Source of the DNA: Syntrophales bacterium
Lineage (GTDB): Bacteria; Desulfobacterota; Syntrophia; Syntrophales; UBA2210
Direction: 5' to 3'
Assembly: GCA_963662405.2 (NCBI GenBank)
Contig: CAXXKT010000001.1
Coordinates: 1,216,001 to 1,280,000 of the forward strand
Length of the DNA: 64,000 bases
Part shown: positions 39,354 through 50,584 of the stretch, piece after piece
Numbering within the stretch: position 1 is the stretch's first letter
Layout: every line of letters begins with the position of its first letter
Position numbers and translations under genes: made by a program
The notes under the pieces: generated by a model
The model's input: only the letters and a program-made list of their open reading frames with translations
Told to the model about the DNA's origin: nothing
The model's database searches: none

Positions 39354-40526
39354 TTACAGGCTCGCGCCGATCAACTGCTGGACCAGTTCATTCGGGCCGA
39401 GGTAGATCTGTACGATCTTGGCATCCCGCATATACTTTTCGACAGGGTACTCACGGGAATATCCGTACGAACCCATCAACTGGACACAGTGTGACGTTAC
39501 CTCCATGGCCGCGTCAGTTGCGAACACCTTGGCCATGTCGGAGTAACGAGCCCGGTGGGGATCGCGCTTTTTGAGCGACCAGGAGGCACGGTAGACGAGG
39601 AGCCGGGCGGCGTCGATCCTGGTTGCCATATCGGCGAACCGAGCCGATATCAGGCTGTGTTCGGTCAGCGGTTTCCCCCCAACGACCCGTGTCTTGCGGT
39701 ACTGGAGGGCATATTCAAAGGCCCCCCGCGCCATCCCGACGGAGATCATTCCCGCACCGAGCCGGTTGTAGGCGACGGTTGTTTGGAGTATCCGCTGTCC
39801 ATCGCCGATTGCCCCCAGCAGATTCTGTTTGGGGACGCGGACATCTTCAAAGATTACCTCCCGGTTCTGGTCTTCCGGCATCCCCATCTTCCGTTCGATC
39901 TTTCCGAAGGAGAGACCCGGTGTTCCGGCCTCGACGACCATGATACAGGATCCCTTCGCCTCCTCTTTCGGGTCAGTCGTGCAGACAACCACATAGTGAG
40001 AGGCGATTCCGGCGTTGCTCGGCCACATCTTGACGCCGTTGATGACGTAGTGATCACCGTCCTCGGTTGCGCTCGTCTTGACCGTTCGGAGATGCATCCG
40101 GGGGTCCTCGATATCCGCCCCCGATGCCGGTTCGGTCATGCAGATACACCCGAGATTGGGTACTTCACGGGAGGCGAGGGGAACGAGAAACCGCCTGCGC
40201 TGCTCCTCGTTTGCCGCAATAACAATCGGTGTCTGGGCAAACCAGGTGTCCCCGATCACACAGGCAACCCCCCCATTGACGGCCGCCAACTCTTCGAGGA
40301 CGACCATCACGGTCATGCCGTCGGCCCCGGAACCGCCGTATTCGGCGGCGACGGGCAGTCCCATGAACCCAAGGGAGGCCGCTTTTTTGAGGACCTGTGA
40401 CATGAGGGTGTGCCTTTCCCAGTCGTCGTCGAATTTATCATTCAGCGGCCTGACCTCCGTTTCGGCGAACCTCCGTGCAATCTTCTGGTACTGCTTTTTC
40501 TCTTCGGAAAGTTCAAAGACATACAT
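39354..40526 (-). CDS. Acyl-CoA dehydrogenase-family protein lacking the canonical catalytic Glu
   Basis: MTEPASGAD, NGVKMW, KMG, GSYGY and RDAKIVQIYLGPNE. Confidence 0.85.
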   Translation of the reverse strand: MYVFELSEEKKQYQKIARRFAETEVRPLNDKFDDDWERHTLMSQVLKKAASLGFMGLPVAAEYGGSGADGMTVMVVLEELAAVNGGVACVIGDTWFAQTPIVIAANEEQRRRFLVPLASREVPNLGCICMTEPASGADIEDPRMHLRTVKTSATEDGDHYVINGVKMWPSNAGIASHYVVVCTTDPKEEAKGSCIMVVEAGTPGLSFGKIERKMGMPEDQNREVIFEDVRVPKQNLLGAIGDGQRILQTTVAYNRLGAGMISVGMARGAFEYALQYRKTRVVGGKPLTEHSLISARFADMATRIDAARLLVYRASWSLKKRDPHRARYSDMAKVFATDAAMEVTSHCVQLMGSYGYSREYPVEKYMRDAKIVQIYLGPNELVQQLIGASL

Positions 40527-40794
40527 GGTGTTCCTCCTTGTTGGTTGTGAGAGAAAAACCCGGATCGAAAAACCCCATCATTACAACAAAATAAGCAATA
40601 ACATGCCCGGCGATTTCGTTGCAAGGAAGAATCGTCGACCGTAACAGAACGTCGGCATTTGGAGTAACGATTTGTCGAAAGTGGGGAGTGAAGCGACAGG
40701 GAGGTACCGTCTGTTGCAATGAAGACTCTTTTAGGGTACACGAAGCGACAGGCAAAAATCTGGACTGAAAGAACCGATCGGAAGGAATCATCCG

Positions 40795-41640
40795 ATGAAC
40801 TGTCTACAAATCTTGAAGGAAACGGAAACACGGTTTGCGGGGGTATCAACGACACCCGCGCTGGACGCTCAGGTCCTCCTCGCATGCTGTATCAGGAGGG
40901 CTCGTCAGTTTCTCTTTGCTCATCCGGAGTACGAACCCTCTCCTGCGGAAGTGGATCGGTTTCGCTCTATGGCAGCGAGGAGAATGCAGGCCGAACCGGT
41001 TGCATACATCACCGGCGAGAAGGAATTCTGGTCCCTCACCTTTGCGGTGACCCCGGACGTCCTGATACCGCGACCCGACACGGAGATCTTGGTCGAGGAG
41101 GTGGTGAGACTCTGCCGAGGTGAGAGAAAGACCCCCCTCAGACTGCTGGAAATCGGGACGGGGAGCGGGGCAATCAGCATTGCCCTCGCCTCTGAACTGA
41201 GCCGGGTTATTATCACGGCCACCGATCTTTCGCCGAAGGCCCTTGCCGTTGCCGCCGGAAACGCCCTGAACAATGGTGTCCATGGAGCAATCTCATTTGT
41301 CTGTGGGGATCTGTTCGACCCCGTTGGTGAGGCATACGATATCATCGTTTCGAATCCCCCCTATATCTCCGAGGAGGAGTATGATCTCCTTGCTGCGGAG
41401 GTCAGGAAATACGAACCCCGCCAGGCCCTGGTTGCCGGTCCGCAAGGGACGGAGGTACATCGGCATATGATAGAGGGAGCACCGCCGTTCATGAATGATA
41501 GGGGATGGCTTGCCCTGGAGTTGGGGGCGGGGCAGCGGGATGCCGTTGAGAAAATGCTGCATGAGAACGATTACTGTGATATGGTCTTCTGCCGGGATTA
41601 TGCCGGGCTGGAGAGGACCGTCTTGGCACGGAAAAGGTAA
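40795..41640 (+). CDS. prmC: Release factor glutamine methyltransferase
   Basis: VLIPRPDTE, EIGTGSG and SNPPYI. Confidence 0.95.
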   Translation: MNCLQILKETETRFAGVSTTPALDAQVLLACCIRRARQFLFAHPEYEPSPAEVDRFRSMAARRMQAEPVAYITGEKEFWSLTFAVTPDVLIPRPDTEILVEEVVRLCRGERKTPLRLLEIGTGSGAISIALASELSRVIITATDLSPKALAVAAGNALNNGVHGAISFVCGDLFDPVGEAYDIIVSNPPYISEEEYDLLAAEVRKYEPRQALVAGPQGTEVHRHMIEGAPPFMNDRGWLALELGAGQRDAVEKMLHENDYCDMVFCRDYAGLERTVLARKR

Positions 41641-41646
41641 CAAAAA

Positions 41647-42903
41647 ATGGATACAATTGTTCTGCAGGGAGGCGGGAGGCTGCGCGGTGATGTCCACATC
41701 AGCGGCGCCAAAAACGCGGCGCTTCCCGTTCTTGTTTCATCACTCCTCACCGGTGGGTGGAATACGTATCATAATGTTCCCGACCTCGCAGATGTTAGGA
41801 CGATCAAAAAACTCCTGGCCGGGTTCGGTGCCGAGATCGATGAAGGTGAAGCGCTCAGGATCAATACGGATACCATTACGAGTCATGAAGCCCCGTACGA
41901 TCTCGTCAGGACGATGCGGGCCTCGATCCTGGTCCTCGGACCGCTCGTGGCACGGACGGGGAGGGCACGGGTATCGCTCCCCGGGGGATGCGCAATCGGG
42001 GCCCGACCGGTTAATCTGCACCTGAAGGCGCTCCGGGCGATGGGAGCCGAGATCAACCTCCAGGAAGGGTATGTCGAAGTTCGTGCCCCTCGACTCAGGG
42101 GGGCCACCGTCTATTTCGATATATCGACGGTGACCGGGACCGAGAATATCCTGATGGCCGCCACGCTGGCCAAGGGAACGACGGTCCTTGAAAATGCGGC
42201 CAGCGAGCCCGAGGTTGTCAATCTTGCCGATACCCTTATTGGTATGGGGGCGAAGATCAGCGGCGCGGGGACCGATGTGATAGAAATCGAAGGGGTGGAT
42301 GCCCTCCGGGCGGTAGAAGCACGGATCATCCCCGACCGGATTGAGGCGGGGACCTATATGATCGCGACGGGGATCACCGGAGGAGATATCACGATCCGGG
42401 GCTGCCGGCCGGACCATCTCGACACCGTGATCGTGAAGCTGCGTGAGGCGGGAGTGAAGATTATTCCCACGGGAGAGGGGCTTCGAGTTATCAGTGACGG
42501 AAACATAACCAGTGTGGATGTTCAGACACTCCCCTACCCAGGTTTCCCGACGGATCTCCAGGCGCAGATGATGGCCCTCATGTGTCTGGGGAGCGGGAGT
42601 AGTATCATCAAGGAGACGGTTTTTGAAAACAGGTTCATGCATGTCAATGAATTGCTCCGGATGGGGGCTGACATCACCGTCGATGGGGGGACTGCCATCG
42701 TCAGAGGGGTTCCCGGTCTGCGTGGTGCCCCGGTGATGGCAACGGACCTGAGGGCATCTGCATCTCTGATCCTTGCAGGTCTGGTGGCCGAAGGGGCCAC
42801 CGAGATTTCCAGGATCTACCACATAGACCGGGGGTATGAACGGATTGAAGAGAAGCTGTCCGCTCTCGGGGCTGCAATCAGGAGGATAAAGGGAAGATCT
42901 TGA
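41647..42903 (+). CDS. murA: UDP-N-acetylglucosamine 1-carboxyvinyltransferase
   Basis: [20 protein letters not shown] and PGFPTDLQ. Confidence 0.97.
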   Translation: MDTIVLQGGGRLRGDVHISGAKNAALPVLVSSLLTGGWNTYHNVPDLADVRTIKKLLAGFGAEIDEGEALRINTDTITSHEAPYDLVRTMRASILVLGPLVARTGRARVSLPGGCAIGARPVNLHLKALRAMGAEINLQEGYVEVRAPRLRGATVYFDISTVTGTENILMAATLAKGTTVLENAASEPEVVNLADTLIGMGAKISGAGTDVIEIEGVDALRAVEARIIPDRIEAGTYMIATGITGGDITIRGCRPDHLDTVIVKLREAGVKIIPTGEGLRVISDGNITSVDVQTLPYPGFPTDLQAQMMALMCLGSGSSIIKETVFENRFMHVNELLRMGADITVDGGTAIVRGVPGLRGAPVMATDLRASASLILAGLVAEGATEISRIYHIDRGYERIEEKLSALGAAIRRIKGRS

Positions 42904-44204
42904 AATTGTTCAGAACGCAGGACACGATGTTTGCCGGGGAACTTGACCGCATTGTACACCGGAAAAACCGGACGCCCCGGGAGGTGGTGGATGTTGTTGC
43001 CCGGATCGTAGATGATGTCGAGAAAAGGGGTGACGATGCCCTCTTTACCTACACGCAGCAGCTTGACGGGGTATTGCTCAACGAACGGACGGTCGAGATC
43101 TCTCCGGACGAGGTGGAGGCGGCACTGAAAACAGTCGCTCCCGATGATATCGATATCCTCACGCTGTCCGCGTCGCGGATCAGGGCCTTTCACGAGAGAC
43201 AGCGCACGGAATCGTGGTCGTTCCTCGATGAGGAAGGAATAGAGCTTGGGCAGGTGATACGTCCCCTCTCGCGCGTGGGGATCTACGCACCGGGTGGCCG
43301 GGCAACCTATCCCTCCACGGTACTGATGGCGGCGATTCCTGCCCGGGTTGCGGGCGTCCGAGAGATCATCCTGGCCTCCCCCGCCAAGGAGGGGATCATC
43401 AATCCCCTGCTCCTTGTCGCCGCACACCTTGCCGGTGTCGATCGGATTTTCCGGATCGGGGGTGCCCAGGCCATTGCCGCGCTTGCCTATGGAACAGAGT
43501 CCGTCCCGCGGGTGGACAAGATCGTCGGACCCGGAAACGCCTATGTGGCCACGGCCAAGCGGATGGTCTACGGGACGGTGGGGATCGATATGATCGCGGG
43601 ACCCAGCGAGATCGTGGTTGTCGCCGATGCGACGGCGCAGCCGCCGGTGGTGGCGGCCGATCTGTTATCCCAGGCGGAACATGACCCAATGGCGGGGGCT
43701 ATTCTCCTGACGCCGGAGGGGGATCTTGCACGGCGGGTTTCCTCCGAGGTCGGGATTCAGTTGCGTGCATTGAAGAGTCCGGTTGCCGCGCAAGCCATTG
43801 AGGACTATGGCGCGGCGATTGTCACCGTCGATCTCGATGAAGCGATCGATATTGCGAACCGCCTTGCACCGGAGCATCTTGAACTGATGGTGGCCGATCC
43901 CAAGGCCCTTTTGGAAAAGGTCACGAACGCGGGGGCGGTATTCCTGGGCCCCCATACTCCCGAGGCCCTGGGAGACTATATTGCCGGCCCCAACCATATC
44001 CTCCCCACGGGGGGGACGGCGCGATTTTCCTCCCCCCTCGGGGTCTACGATTTTATCAAGAGGATGAGCGTGCTTTCCTTCTCCGAGGAGGCCCTCGGGA
44101 TTTACGGTTCCCGGACCGTCAGATTTGCCGAAATGGAGGGGCTTGAGGCACACGGGCGGTCCATAACAACCCGATTCCGCGAGGGGAGAGCAAAAAAAAC
44201 TTGA
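42900..44204 (+). CDS. hisD: Histidinol dehydrogenase
   Basis: [26 protein letters not shown] and GPNHILPT. Confidence 0.96.
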   Translation: MKLFRTQDTMFAGELDRIVHRKNRTPREVVDVVARIVDDVEKRGDDALFTYTQQLDGVLLNERTVEISPDEVEAALKTVAPDDIDILTLSASRIRAFHERQRTESWSFLDEEGIELGQVIRPLSRVGIYAPGGRATYPSTVLMAAIPARVAGVREIILASPAKEGIINPLLLVAAHLAGVDRIFRIGGAQAIAALAYGTESVPRVDKIVGPGNAYVATAKRMVYGTVGIDMIAGPSEIVVVADATAQPPVVAADLLSQAEHDPMAGAILLTPEGDLARRVSSEVGIQLRALKSPVAAQAIEDYGAAIVTVDLDEAIDIANRLAPEHLELMVADPKALLEKVTNAGAVFLGPHTPEALGDYIAGPNHILPTGGTARFSSPLGVYDFIKRMSVLSFSEEALGIYGSRTVRFAEMEGLEAHGRSITTRFREGRAKKT

Positions 44205-44251
44205 CAAAAGACGCGCGGTCGCCTAAATCGCGGTGTGTGCTTGATAAGTGA

Positions 44252-44326
44252 GCGGGCGTAATTCAGGGGTAGAATGTCAGCTTCCCAAGCTGAATGTCGT
44301 GGGTTCGAATCCCATCGCCCGCTCCA
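44252..44326 (+). tRNA. tRNA-Gly (anticodon CCC)
   Basis: GCGGGCG acceptor stem, anticodon arm TCAGC-TTCCCAA-GCTGA, GGTTCGAATCC T-arm and a CCA end. TTGACA lies at 44201 upstream. Confidence 0.96.
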
Positions 44327-44373
44327 ATCTTTTCGGTTGCAAAAGAACCTGTGCTATGTTAGTACCGACCAAG

Positions 44374-44397
44374 AAGTGGGCTATGCCCGCTTTTTTT
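44374..44397 (+). terminator. Terminator between the tRNA and rimP
   Basis: AAGTGGGC-tat-GCCCGCTT followed by a T-run. Confidence 0.6.
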
Positions 44398-44415
44398 ATT
44401 TTTTGAGGGTGCGCG

Positions 44416-44880
44416 ATGGGGTATCGGGAACAAATCGTAAGGCTGGTTGAACCGATCGTCGAATCGGAACGGATGGAGCTGGTCGATGTCGAATGTCTCA
44501 GGGGACCGTCCCGCTGGACAATCAGGATATACATTGATAAAGAGGGAGGAATAACTCTTGATGATTGTGCCCTTATAAGCGGTGAGGTCGGAGATCTCCT
44601 CGATATTCACGAAATCCTCCCGGGTCCGTACAACCTGGAGATATCGTCCCCTGGGCTTGACCGCCCACTGGTGAAAGACAAAGATTTCATTCGGTACGAA
44701 GGTCAGATGATCGCTGTCCGTGTTGAGGAAAAGATTGAAGGAAAGAGGAAATTCACGGGCCGGCTAATCGAATTTGTTGAAAACGAAAGTGAAGGAAGCC
44801 TTGTCGTAGAGGTGAATAAGAAGCGGTATACCATACCACGGGGCATGGTGGTCAAGGCACATCTTGTACATGAATTTTGA
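44416..44880 (+). CDS. rimP: Ribosome maturation factor
   Basis: IYIDKEGGITLDDC and YNLEISSPGLDRPL. Confidence 0.95.
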   Translation: MGYREQIVRLVEPIVESERMELVDVECLRGPSRWTIRIYIDKEGGITLDDCALISGEVGDLLDIHEILPGPYNLEISSPGLDRPLVKDKDFIRYEGQMIAVRVEEKIEGKRKFTGRLIEFVENESEGSLVVEVNKKRYTIPRGMVVKAHLVHEF

Positions 44881-44981
44881 TACACTTGCCCGGCTTGGGG
44901 TCGGGTAGTAGCAGGACCCCGATGCAGGGAGAAGGTTGATTGTTTACGAAGTCGTCAATTTGAGTTCGGAGGATCGGTATC

Positions 44982-46250
44982 ATGTCGCCAGATCTGAAAC
45001 GCCTCATTGAGCAGATGGGGAAAGAAAAAGGTATAGATAAACAGATAATCGTGGATGCACTGGAAACAGCCGTCTTGACCGCCGCACGGAAGAAGATGGG
45101 GCTGGACCTGGACATCGAGGTATCGTACAACGAGGAAGCCGGGGAGATGGAAACCTTCCTCTTCAAGACGGTGGTGGAACACGTCATCAATGACGACACG
45201 CAGATCTCTCTGGAAGAGGCGCGTGAGACCATGGATGAAGATGCGGAACTGGGAGACAGCCTCGGGATCAAGGTCGAGACGGATACCTTCGGGAGAATTG
45301 CCGTCCAGACGGCCAAGCAGATCATCATTCAAAAGGTCAAAGACGCCGAGCGGGACAATATTTACGAGGAATACAAGGACCGGAAAGGCGAATTAGTTAA
45401 TGGCTTTGTACAGCGATTCGAGGGGGGGAGTATCATCGTCAGCCTCGGAATCTCCGAAGGAATCATCCTCCCTTCGGAACAGATCAAACGGGAATCGTTC
45501 AGGCGAGGGGAACGAATCCGGGCGTACATCTATGATGTGAAGAGAATATCCAAAGGTCCTCAGATACTCTTGTCTCGAACACACCCGGGATTTGTCAGGG
45601 CGCTCTTTGAAATGGAGGTCCCCGAGATATCCGAGGGGTTGATAGAAATTGTGAATATCGCGAGGGAGCCGGGGAACAGGACCAAGATCTCCGTCCGATC
45701 CGAAGACCGGGATATCGACCCGGTCGGGGCGTGTGTGGGGATGAGGGGGTCCAGGGTCCAGGGGGTTGTGCAGGAACTGAGGGGAGAGAAGATCGATATC
45801 GTTCCCTGTTCCGAGGATCCGGTTCGGTATATATGCAATGCCCTGTCTCCGGCCAAGGTTGACCGGGTGTACATGGATGAAGATGTCCGCACCATGGAAG
45901 TCATCGTCCCGGATGACCAGTTGTCCTTAGCTATCGGGAGGGCCGGTCAGAATGTCAGGCTGGCCGCACGGCTGACCGGTTGGAAGATCGATGTCAAGAG
46001 CGAGACCGGCGTGGAAGAAGCGAAGCATGAAGGGGCTGAATCTCTCATGAAGATTCCCGGCATTGGTGAGCGAACGGCCGAGCTTCTCTATGGGGAAGGA
46101 TTCAAGGGAATCGCGATGATAGCCTCGTCGGATCCCGAAACTCTCGGTTCGGTTAAGGGGATCAGCGAGCAGAAGGCAGCAACCTGGATCGAAGAGGCAA
46201 AGAGGATAATCGATAGTGAAAGTAGCGGGGATCTGTCCGAGAGCAGATAA
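44982..46250 (+). CDS. nusA: Transcription termination factor NusA
   Basis: FGRIAVQTAKQ, AREPG, GACVGMRG and AIGRAGQNVRLA. Confidence 0.97.
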   Translation: MSPDLKRLIEQMGKEKGIDKQIIVDALETAVLTAARKKMGLDLDIEVSYNEEAGEMETFLFKTVVEHVINDDTQISLEEARETMDEDAELGDSLGIKVETDTFGRIAVQTAKQIIIQKVKDAERDNIYEEYKDRKGELVNGFVQRFEGGSIIVSLGISEGIILPSEQIKRESFRRGERIRAYIYDVKRISKGPQILLSRTHPGFVRALFEMEVPEISEGLIEIVNIAREPGNRTKISVRSEDRDIDPVGACVGMRGSRVQGVVQELRGEKIDIVPCSEDPVRYICNALSPAKVDRVYMDEDVRTMEVIVPDDQLSLAIGRAGQNVRLAARLTGWKIDVKSETGVEEAKHEGAESLMKIPGIGERTAELLYGEGFKGIAMIASSDPETLGSVKGISEQKAATWIEEAKRIIDSESSGDLSESR

Positions 46251-46283
46251 ACAGCGCCCGTTTGCTGATCAGGAGTGCCCATC

Positions 46284-48887
46284 ATGTCCAAAATAAGAGT
46301 CTATGAGTTAGCCAAAGAGCTCGGGATAGAGAACAAAGATCTCATTACGCGGCTGGAAAGACTGGGGATCGCTGTCAAGGCGCACTCAAGTTCCCTTGAA
46401 GAGGCCGATGTTGAACGGGTGCGAAAGGAGTTTGCTCTCGGCGAGAAGGACGCGATCGTAGAAAAGAGGGTGAAACGAACGGTCATCAGGAGGAGGGCGG
46501 TTCGCCAGAACGTCCCCGAGGTTGCCGATGAGCCGCCTACGGAGATTTCTCCTGAGCCGGAAGAGGAGCGGATAATACCGACGGAAGAACCGCTGCAGAC
46601 CCCTGAGGAGGGCACACCGGTTGCGGCGGTTCCTGAAAAAGAAGAAATCTCTTCGGCAGAAGCGGTTCCGAGAGCGGAGGAGGCTGCGAAAGCGACTGTG
46701 ACGCAACCGGCGGGCACGGCGGAAAAAGAGATAAAGGAAGAGGAACCGGTTCCGCAGAAAAAACCGCGGAGGACATCCGCCGTTATCGTCCGGGCGGCCG
46801 TCAAAAAGGAAGAAAAAAAGCCCGTGCCGGTGCAGCAGAAAGTCGTCTCCTCACCGGGAGAGGAGGCTCGCAAACCACCCCGGGATAGGGATATTGAACG
46901 AAAGGGCGAAGCAGAAAAGAAGGCCCCGCAGAAGCCGTCCCACAAGATAAAAAAACCGGTCGAAGTACGTGTGGGGGAGAACGATCGACGCAAGAAGACC
47001 TTCTTCAAGCAGCGGTTTGACAAGAAGGGAAAGCGATCCAGGAAAGGGATGTCCGAGGAGGAGCGAAGGAGTTGGAAAGAGGAAAAGGTTATTCCCACCA
47101 CCCGGATCATGGCGACTGAGATTACGACCCCCAAGGCCATCAAGAGGAGGGTAAAGATCGAAGAAGCCATCATGGTCGGTGACCTTGCCAAACGGATGGG
47201 GATCAAGGCCGGTGAACTGATCAGTAAACTGGTTTCTCTGGGCATGATGGTGACGATCAATCAGTCGATCGATATCGATGCCGCGACTCTCGTTGCCGCT
47301 GAATTCGGGTACCAGATCGAATCCGTCGGAGTGGAATATGAGGATATCGTTCACCGAGAGGAATCTCTCCCCGCGAGCCTCAAGCCGCGGGCGCCCGTGG
47401 TGACCGTCATGGGACATGTCGACCACGGGAAGACCTCGCTCCTTGATGTGATACGTGAGACAAACGTCATCGAGGGAGAATCGGGCGGCATTACCCAGGC
47501 CATCGGGGCTTATCATGTCCATATCAAAGGGAAAGACATCGTCTTTCTCGATACGCCGGGACATGAGGCATTCACGGCAATGCGGGCGCGGGGAGCGCAG
47601 GTAACGGATGTAGTCGTCCTCGTGGTTGCCGCCGACGACGGTGTCATGGATCAGACGGTGGAGGCCATTAACCATTCCCGCGCCGCCGGTGTTCCTCTCA
47701 TTATCGCGGTCAATAAGATCGACAAACCGAATGCCGATCCGGAACGAATCAAGCAGCAACTTGCAGAGTATGATCTTGTCCCTGAGGCATGGGGTGGGGA
47801 TACCATATATGCGGAGGTGTCCGCAAAACAGAAGGTCGGGATTGAGGAGCTGATGGAATTGATTCTCCTCCAGGCGGATATCATGGAGCTCAAGGCCGAT
47901 CCTGACCGCCTGGCTCGGGGTATCGTTATTGAAGCGAAACTCGACCGAGGTCGGGGGCCTGTCGCCACGGTCATCGTCCAGGAAGGAACCCTGAAAGAGG
48001 GGGATGCCATTGTCTCGAAAATGGAATACGGCCGGGTGCGCGCCATGATCGATGACAAGGGCCGGAGGGTCGCGGAGGCCGGTCCTTCCATGCCGGTTGA
48101 GGTGGTCGGTTTCTCCGGCGTGCCGCAGGCCGGGATGGATTTTGTGTGTGTGGAGGACGACAAGAAGGCGAGGGTTATCAGTGATCACTGGCTGAGAAAA
48201 GAACGTGAACGGGAGCTCTCACGGACCTCGAAGATCACTCTCGAACAGCTGTATGAGAGGATACAAGAGGGGGTCAAGGAACTGAATGTCATTATAAAAG
48301 CCGACGTGCAGGGATCGGTGGAGGCCCTCTCCGATTCCCTCCTGAAGCTGGGCACCGACGATGTCAAGGTGAAGCTGGTTCATACCTCTGCGGGGGGGAT
48401 CACCGAGACGGATGTGATGCTGGCATCGGCCTCCGATGCGGTTATCATCGGGTTCAAGGTCAGACCCGACGCGCGGGTCTCCGAGATTATCGAGAAGGAG
48501 GGGGTGAGCGTCAAGCTCTACGATGTCATCTACGATGTCATCGCGGATGTCAGGAATGCCATGGAAGGGCTTCTCGAACCAGTGTATGAAGAAACGGTGC
48601 AGGGTCGTGCCGAAGTCCTCCAGGTCTTTAAAGTTTCGAAGGTGGGTACAATTGCAGGGAGCCGCGTGACGGATGGAAAGATAACGAGAAACGCCCGGCT
48701 GAGGCTTCTTCGCGACGGTGTGGTTATCCACGACGGGACGTTCCAGTCGCTCAAGAGGTTCAAGGATGATGCCAAGGAGGTCCTCTCCGGATTCGAATGT
48801 GGTATCGGGGTGGATTCCTTTAACGATATCAGGGAGGGTGACGTCATAGAGACGTATACGCGAGAGGCGGTTGCCCGAAAGCTGTAG
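46284..48887 (+). CDS. infB: Translation initiation factor IF-2
   Basis: [27 protein letters not shown] and NKID. Confidence 0.98.
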   Translation: MSKIRVYELAKELGIENKDLITRLERLGIAVKAHSSSLEEADVERVRKEFALGEKDAIVEKRVKRTVIRRRAVRQNVPEVADEPPTEISPEPEEERIIPTEEPLQTPEEGTPVAAVPEKEEISSAEAVPRAEEAAKATVTQPAGTAEKEIKEEEPVPQKKPRRTSAVIVRAAVKKEEKKPVPVQQKVVSSPGEEARKPPRDRDIERKGEAEKKAPQKPSHKIKKPVEVRVGENDRRKKTFFKQRFDKKGKRSRKGMSEEERRSWKEEKVIPTTRIMATEITTPKAIKRRVKIEEAIMVGDLAKRMGIKAGELISKLVSLGMMVTINQSIDIDAATLVAAEFGYQIESVGVEYEDIVHREESLPASLKPRAPVVTVMGHVDHGKTSLLDVIRETNVIEGESGGITQAIGAYHVHIKGKDIVFLDTPGHEAFTAMRARGAQVTDVVVLVVAADDGVMDQTVEAINHSRAAGVPLIIAVNKIDKPNADPERIKQQLAEYDLVPEAWGGDTIYAEVSAKQKVGIEELMELILLQADIMELKADPDRLARGIVIEAKLDRGRGPVATVIVQEGTLKEGDAIVSKMEYGRVRAMIDDKGRRVAEAGPSMPVEVVGFSGVPQAGMDFVCVEDDKKARVISDHWLRKERERELSRTSKITLEQLYERIQEGVKELNVIIKADVQGSVEALSDSLLKLGTDDVKVKLVHTSAGGITETDVMLASASDAVIIGFKVRPDARVSEIIEKEGVSVKLYDVIYDVIADVRNAMEGLLEPVYEETVQGRAEVLQVFKVSKVGTIAGSRVTDGKITRNARLRLLRDGVVIHDGTFQSLKRFKDDAKEVLSGFECGIGVDSFNDIREGDVIETYTREAVARKL

Positions 48888-48938
48888 CAGCGAGGCCCCT
48901 TCTCTTGTTTTCGCAACAGTGTTGAGGGTTGTTTCCTG

Positions 48939-49280
48939 ATGGTTGTCGGGACGGGAATCGTGGATCTCTTTGTCGAAGGCAGCAGATCTTTGAAAGAGAA
49001 GAGATCGGTGCTGCGAAGAATCCTGGGAAGGACCCGGAACGAATTTAATGTTTCCATTGCGGAAGTAGAAGCGTACAATAGCTGGAAGAGGTGTCGGATC
49101 GGATTCAGCGTCGTGGGAAACGAAAAGGGTTTCGTCAATTCAAAGATGGATAAGATCGTGAATTTTATCGAAGGGCTGAATCTGGCGGATGTGGTTGATA
49201 TCAAAATGGAGATTTATTCCGTCTCAGGGACCTGGGGCGTAGGCGGGGGTAATGGAACCGACCAGTTTCAAGAGATCTGA
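48939..49280 (+). CDS. DUF503 (YlxP-like) protein
   Basis: SLKEKRSVL..FNVSIAEV, in its usual position between infB and rbfA. Confidence 0.85.
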   Translation: MVVGTGIVDLFVEGSRSLKEKRSVLRRILGRTRNEFNVSIAEVEAYNSWKRCRIGFSVVGNEKGFVNSKMDKIVNFIEGLNLADVVDIKMEIYSVSGTWGVGGGNGTDQFQEI

Positions 49281-49608
49281 CCGGGTCGCCGATCTGATAA
49301 AGGCGGAGATATCGGATATCCTGCTGCGACAGATCAATGATCCCCAAGTCCGGGGAATCACGGTCACCGGTGTCCGGGTCACGGATGACCTCCGCCAGGC
49401 AAAGGTCTTTTTTGTCCGGATGGGACAGAACATCTGTAGTGACGAGACGATGCAGGGCCTGCGTCGGGCCGCCGGTTTTGTGCGGACGGAACTGGGGAAA
49501 CGGCTGAGGCTTCGCTATGTTCCTGAGATCCGATTTACCTTTGATGAATCGTTCGAGTATGGAGACCGCATCAACCGGCTTTTGGCGGAGATACAGAAAG
49601 ATGTTTGA
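49252..49608 (+). CDS. rbfA: Ribosome-binding factor A
   Basis: RSDRVADLI, DLRQAKVF and LRYVPEIRFTFD. Confidence 0.95.
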   Translation: MEPTSFKRSDRVADLIKAEISDILLRQINDPQVRGITVTGVRVTDDLRQAKVFFVRMGQNICSDETMQGLRRAAGFVRTELGKRLRLRYVPEIRFTFDESFEYGDRINRLLAEIQKDV

Positions 49609-50554
49609 CGAAATTGCCGAGGTGATAGAATCCTGTGCCACCTTTCTCATCACCTCCCATGTGAGGCCGGACGGTGACGCCCTGGGCTCGGAGCTGGCCC
49701 TGTATCTCGTCTTGCGCGGTATGGGGAAGGAAGCCGTTGTCTATAATCAGGACACGACGCCGGCGGTCTATCAGTTTCTTCCCGGTGCGGGTGTGATTAC
49801 GCATATTCTGGGGTCCCTTGGTGGATTCGATGCGGTCTTTGTTCTTGATTGCAGCGATATCTCGCGGGTCGGAGATGAGCAGGATAAGATAGGGTCCATA
49901 CAAAAGATCGTCAATATCGATCATCATGTCTCCACCGGTACCTTTTCAAAGATCCTGCTGACCGATTCCCGCGCGAGTTCCACGGGGGAGATGGTGCACC
50001 GTCTCCTGACCCATATGGGGGTGCCGATCACCGCTGACATTGCGACAAATCTCTACACGGCCATCATTACGGACACCGGCAGTTTTCAGTACTCCAACAC
50101 AGGGAGCGCCACCTTCCGTGTGGCCGCCGATCTGGTGGAGAAAGGTGCGGACTGTCGACATATAGCGCAAAGCATCTACGAGACCAAACCCGCCGTGCAG
50201 ATTCGCCTGATGGGAAAGGTCTTGGATACGCTGCAACTGTACCGGGGAAGGCGAGTGGGGGTTATATCCGTCACGCAGGAGATGCTCCGCACAGAGGGGG
50301 CACTTCCCGAGCATACGGAGGGTCTTGTCGATATGGTCCGATCGATACAGGGTGTCGAGGTCGCCGTCTGCTGTTATGAGGTCTCCGAGGGTCGCTACAA
50401 GATAAGCCTTCGCTCCAAAGGGGACACCGATGTGGCGCGGATTGCAGGGGCTATGGGAGGAGGAGGACACGTCAATGCCTCCGCCTGTCGGATGGAAGGA
50501 AAATTTGAGGCTGTCCGGGATACCGTCCTCGATGCCGTCGCGGTGTCGCTGTAG
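49601..50554 (+). CDS. nrnA: DHH/DHHA1 bifunctional oligoribonuclease/PAP phosphatase
   Basis: HVRPDGD, NIDHH, TDTGSF, SLRS and GGGGH. Confidence 0.9.
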   Translation: MFDEIAEVIESCATFLITSHVRPDGDALGSELALYLVLRGMGKEAVVYNQDTTPAVYQFLPGAGVITHILGSLGGFDAVFVLDCSDISRVGDEQDKIGSIQKIVNIDHHVSTGTFSKILLTDSRASSTGEMVHRLLTHMGVPITADIATNLYTAIITDTGSFQYSNTGSATFRVAADLVEKGADCRHIAQSIYETKPAVQIRLMGKVLDTLQLYRGRRVGVISVTQEMLRTEGALPEHTEGLVDMVRSIQGVEVAVCCYEVSEGRYKISLRSKGDTDVARIAGAMGGGGHVNASACRMEGKFEAVRDTVLDAVAVSL

Positions 50555-50584
50555 CACGGATCTCCCGGTGAAGAATTGTGTGGT

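Noticed and set aside
40690..40752. 11-bp direct repeat GAAGCGACAGG upstream of prmC
   Set aside because: Only two copies, with no array or mobile-element context.
44252..44416. tRNA-Gly as an integration site
   Set aside because: No integrase or duplicated tRNA 3' end seen, and both flanks are core genes.
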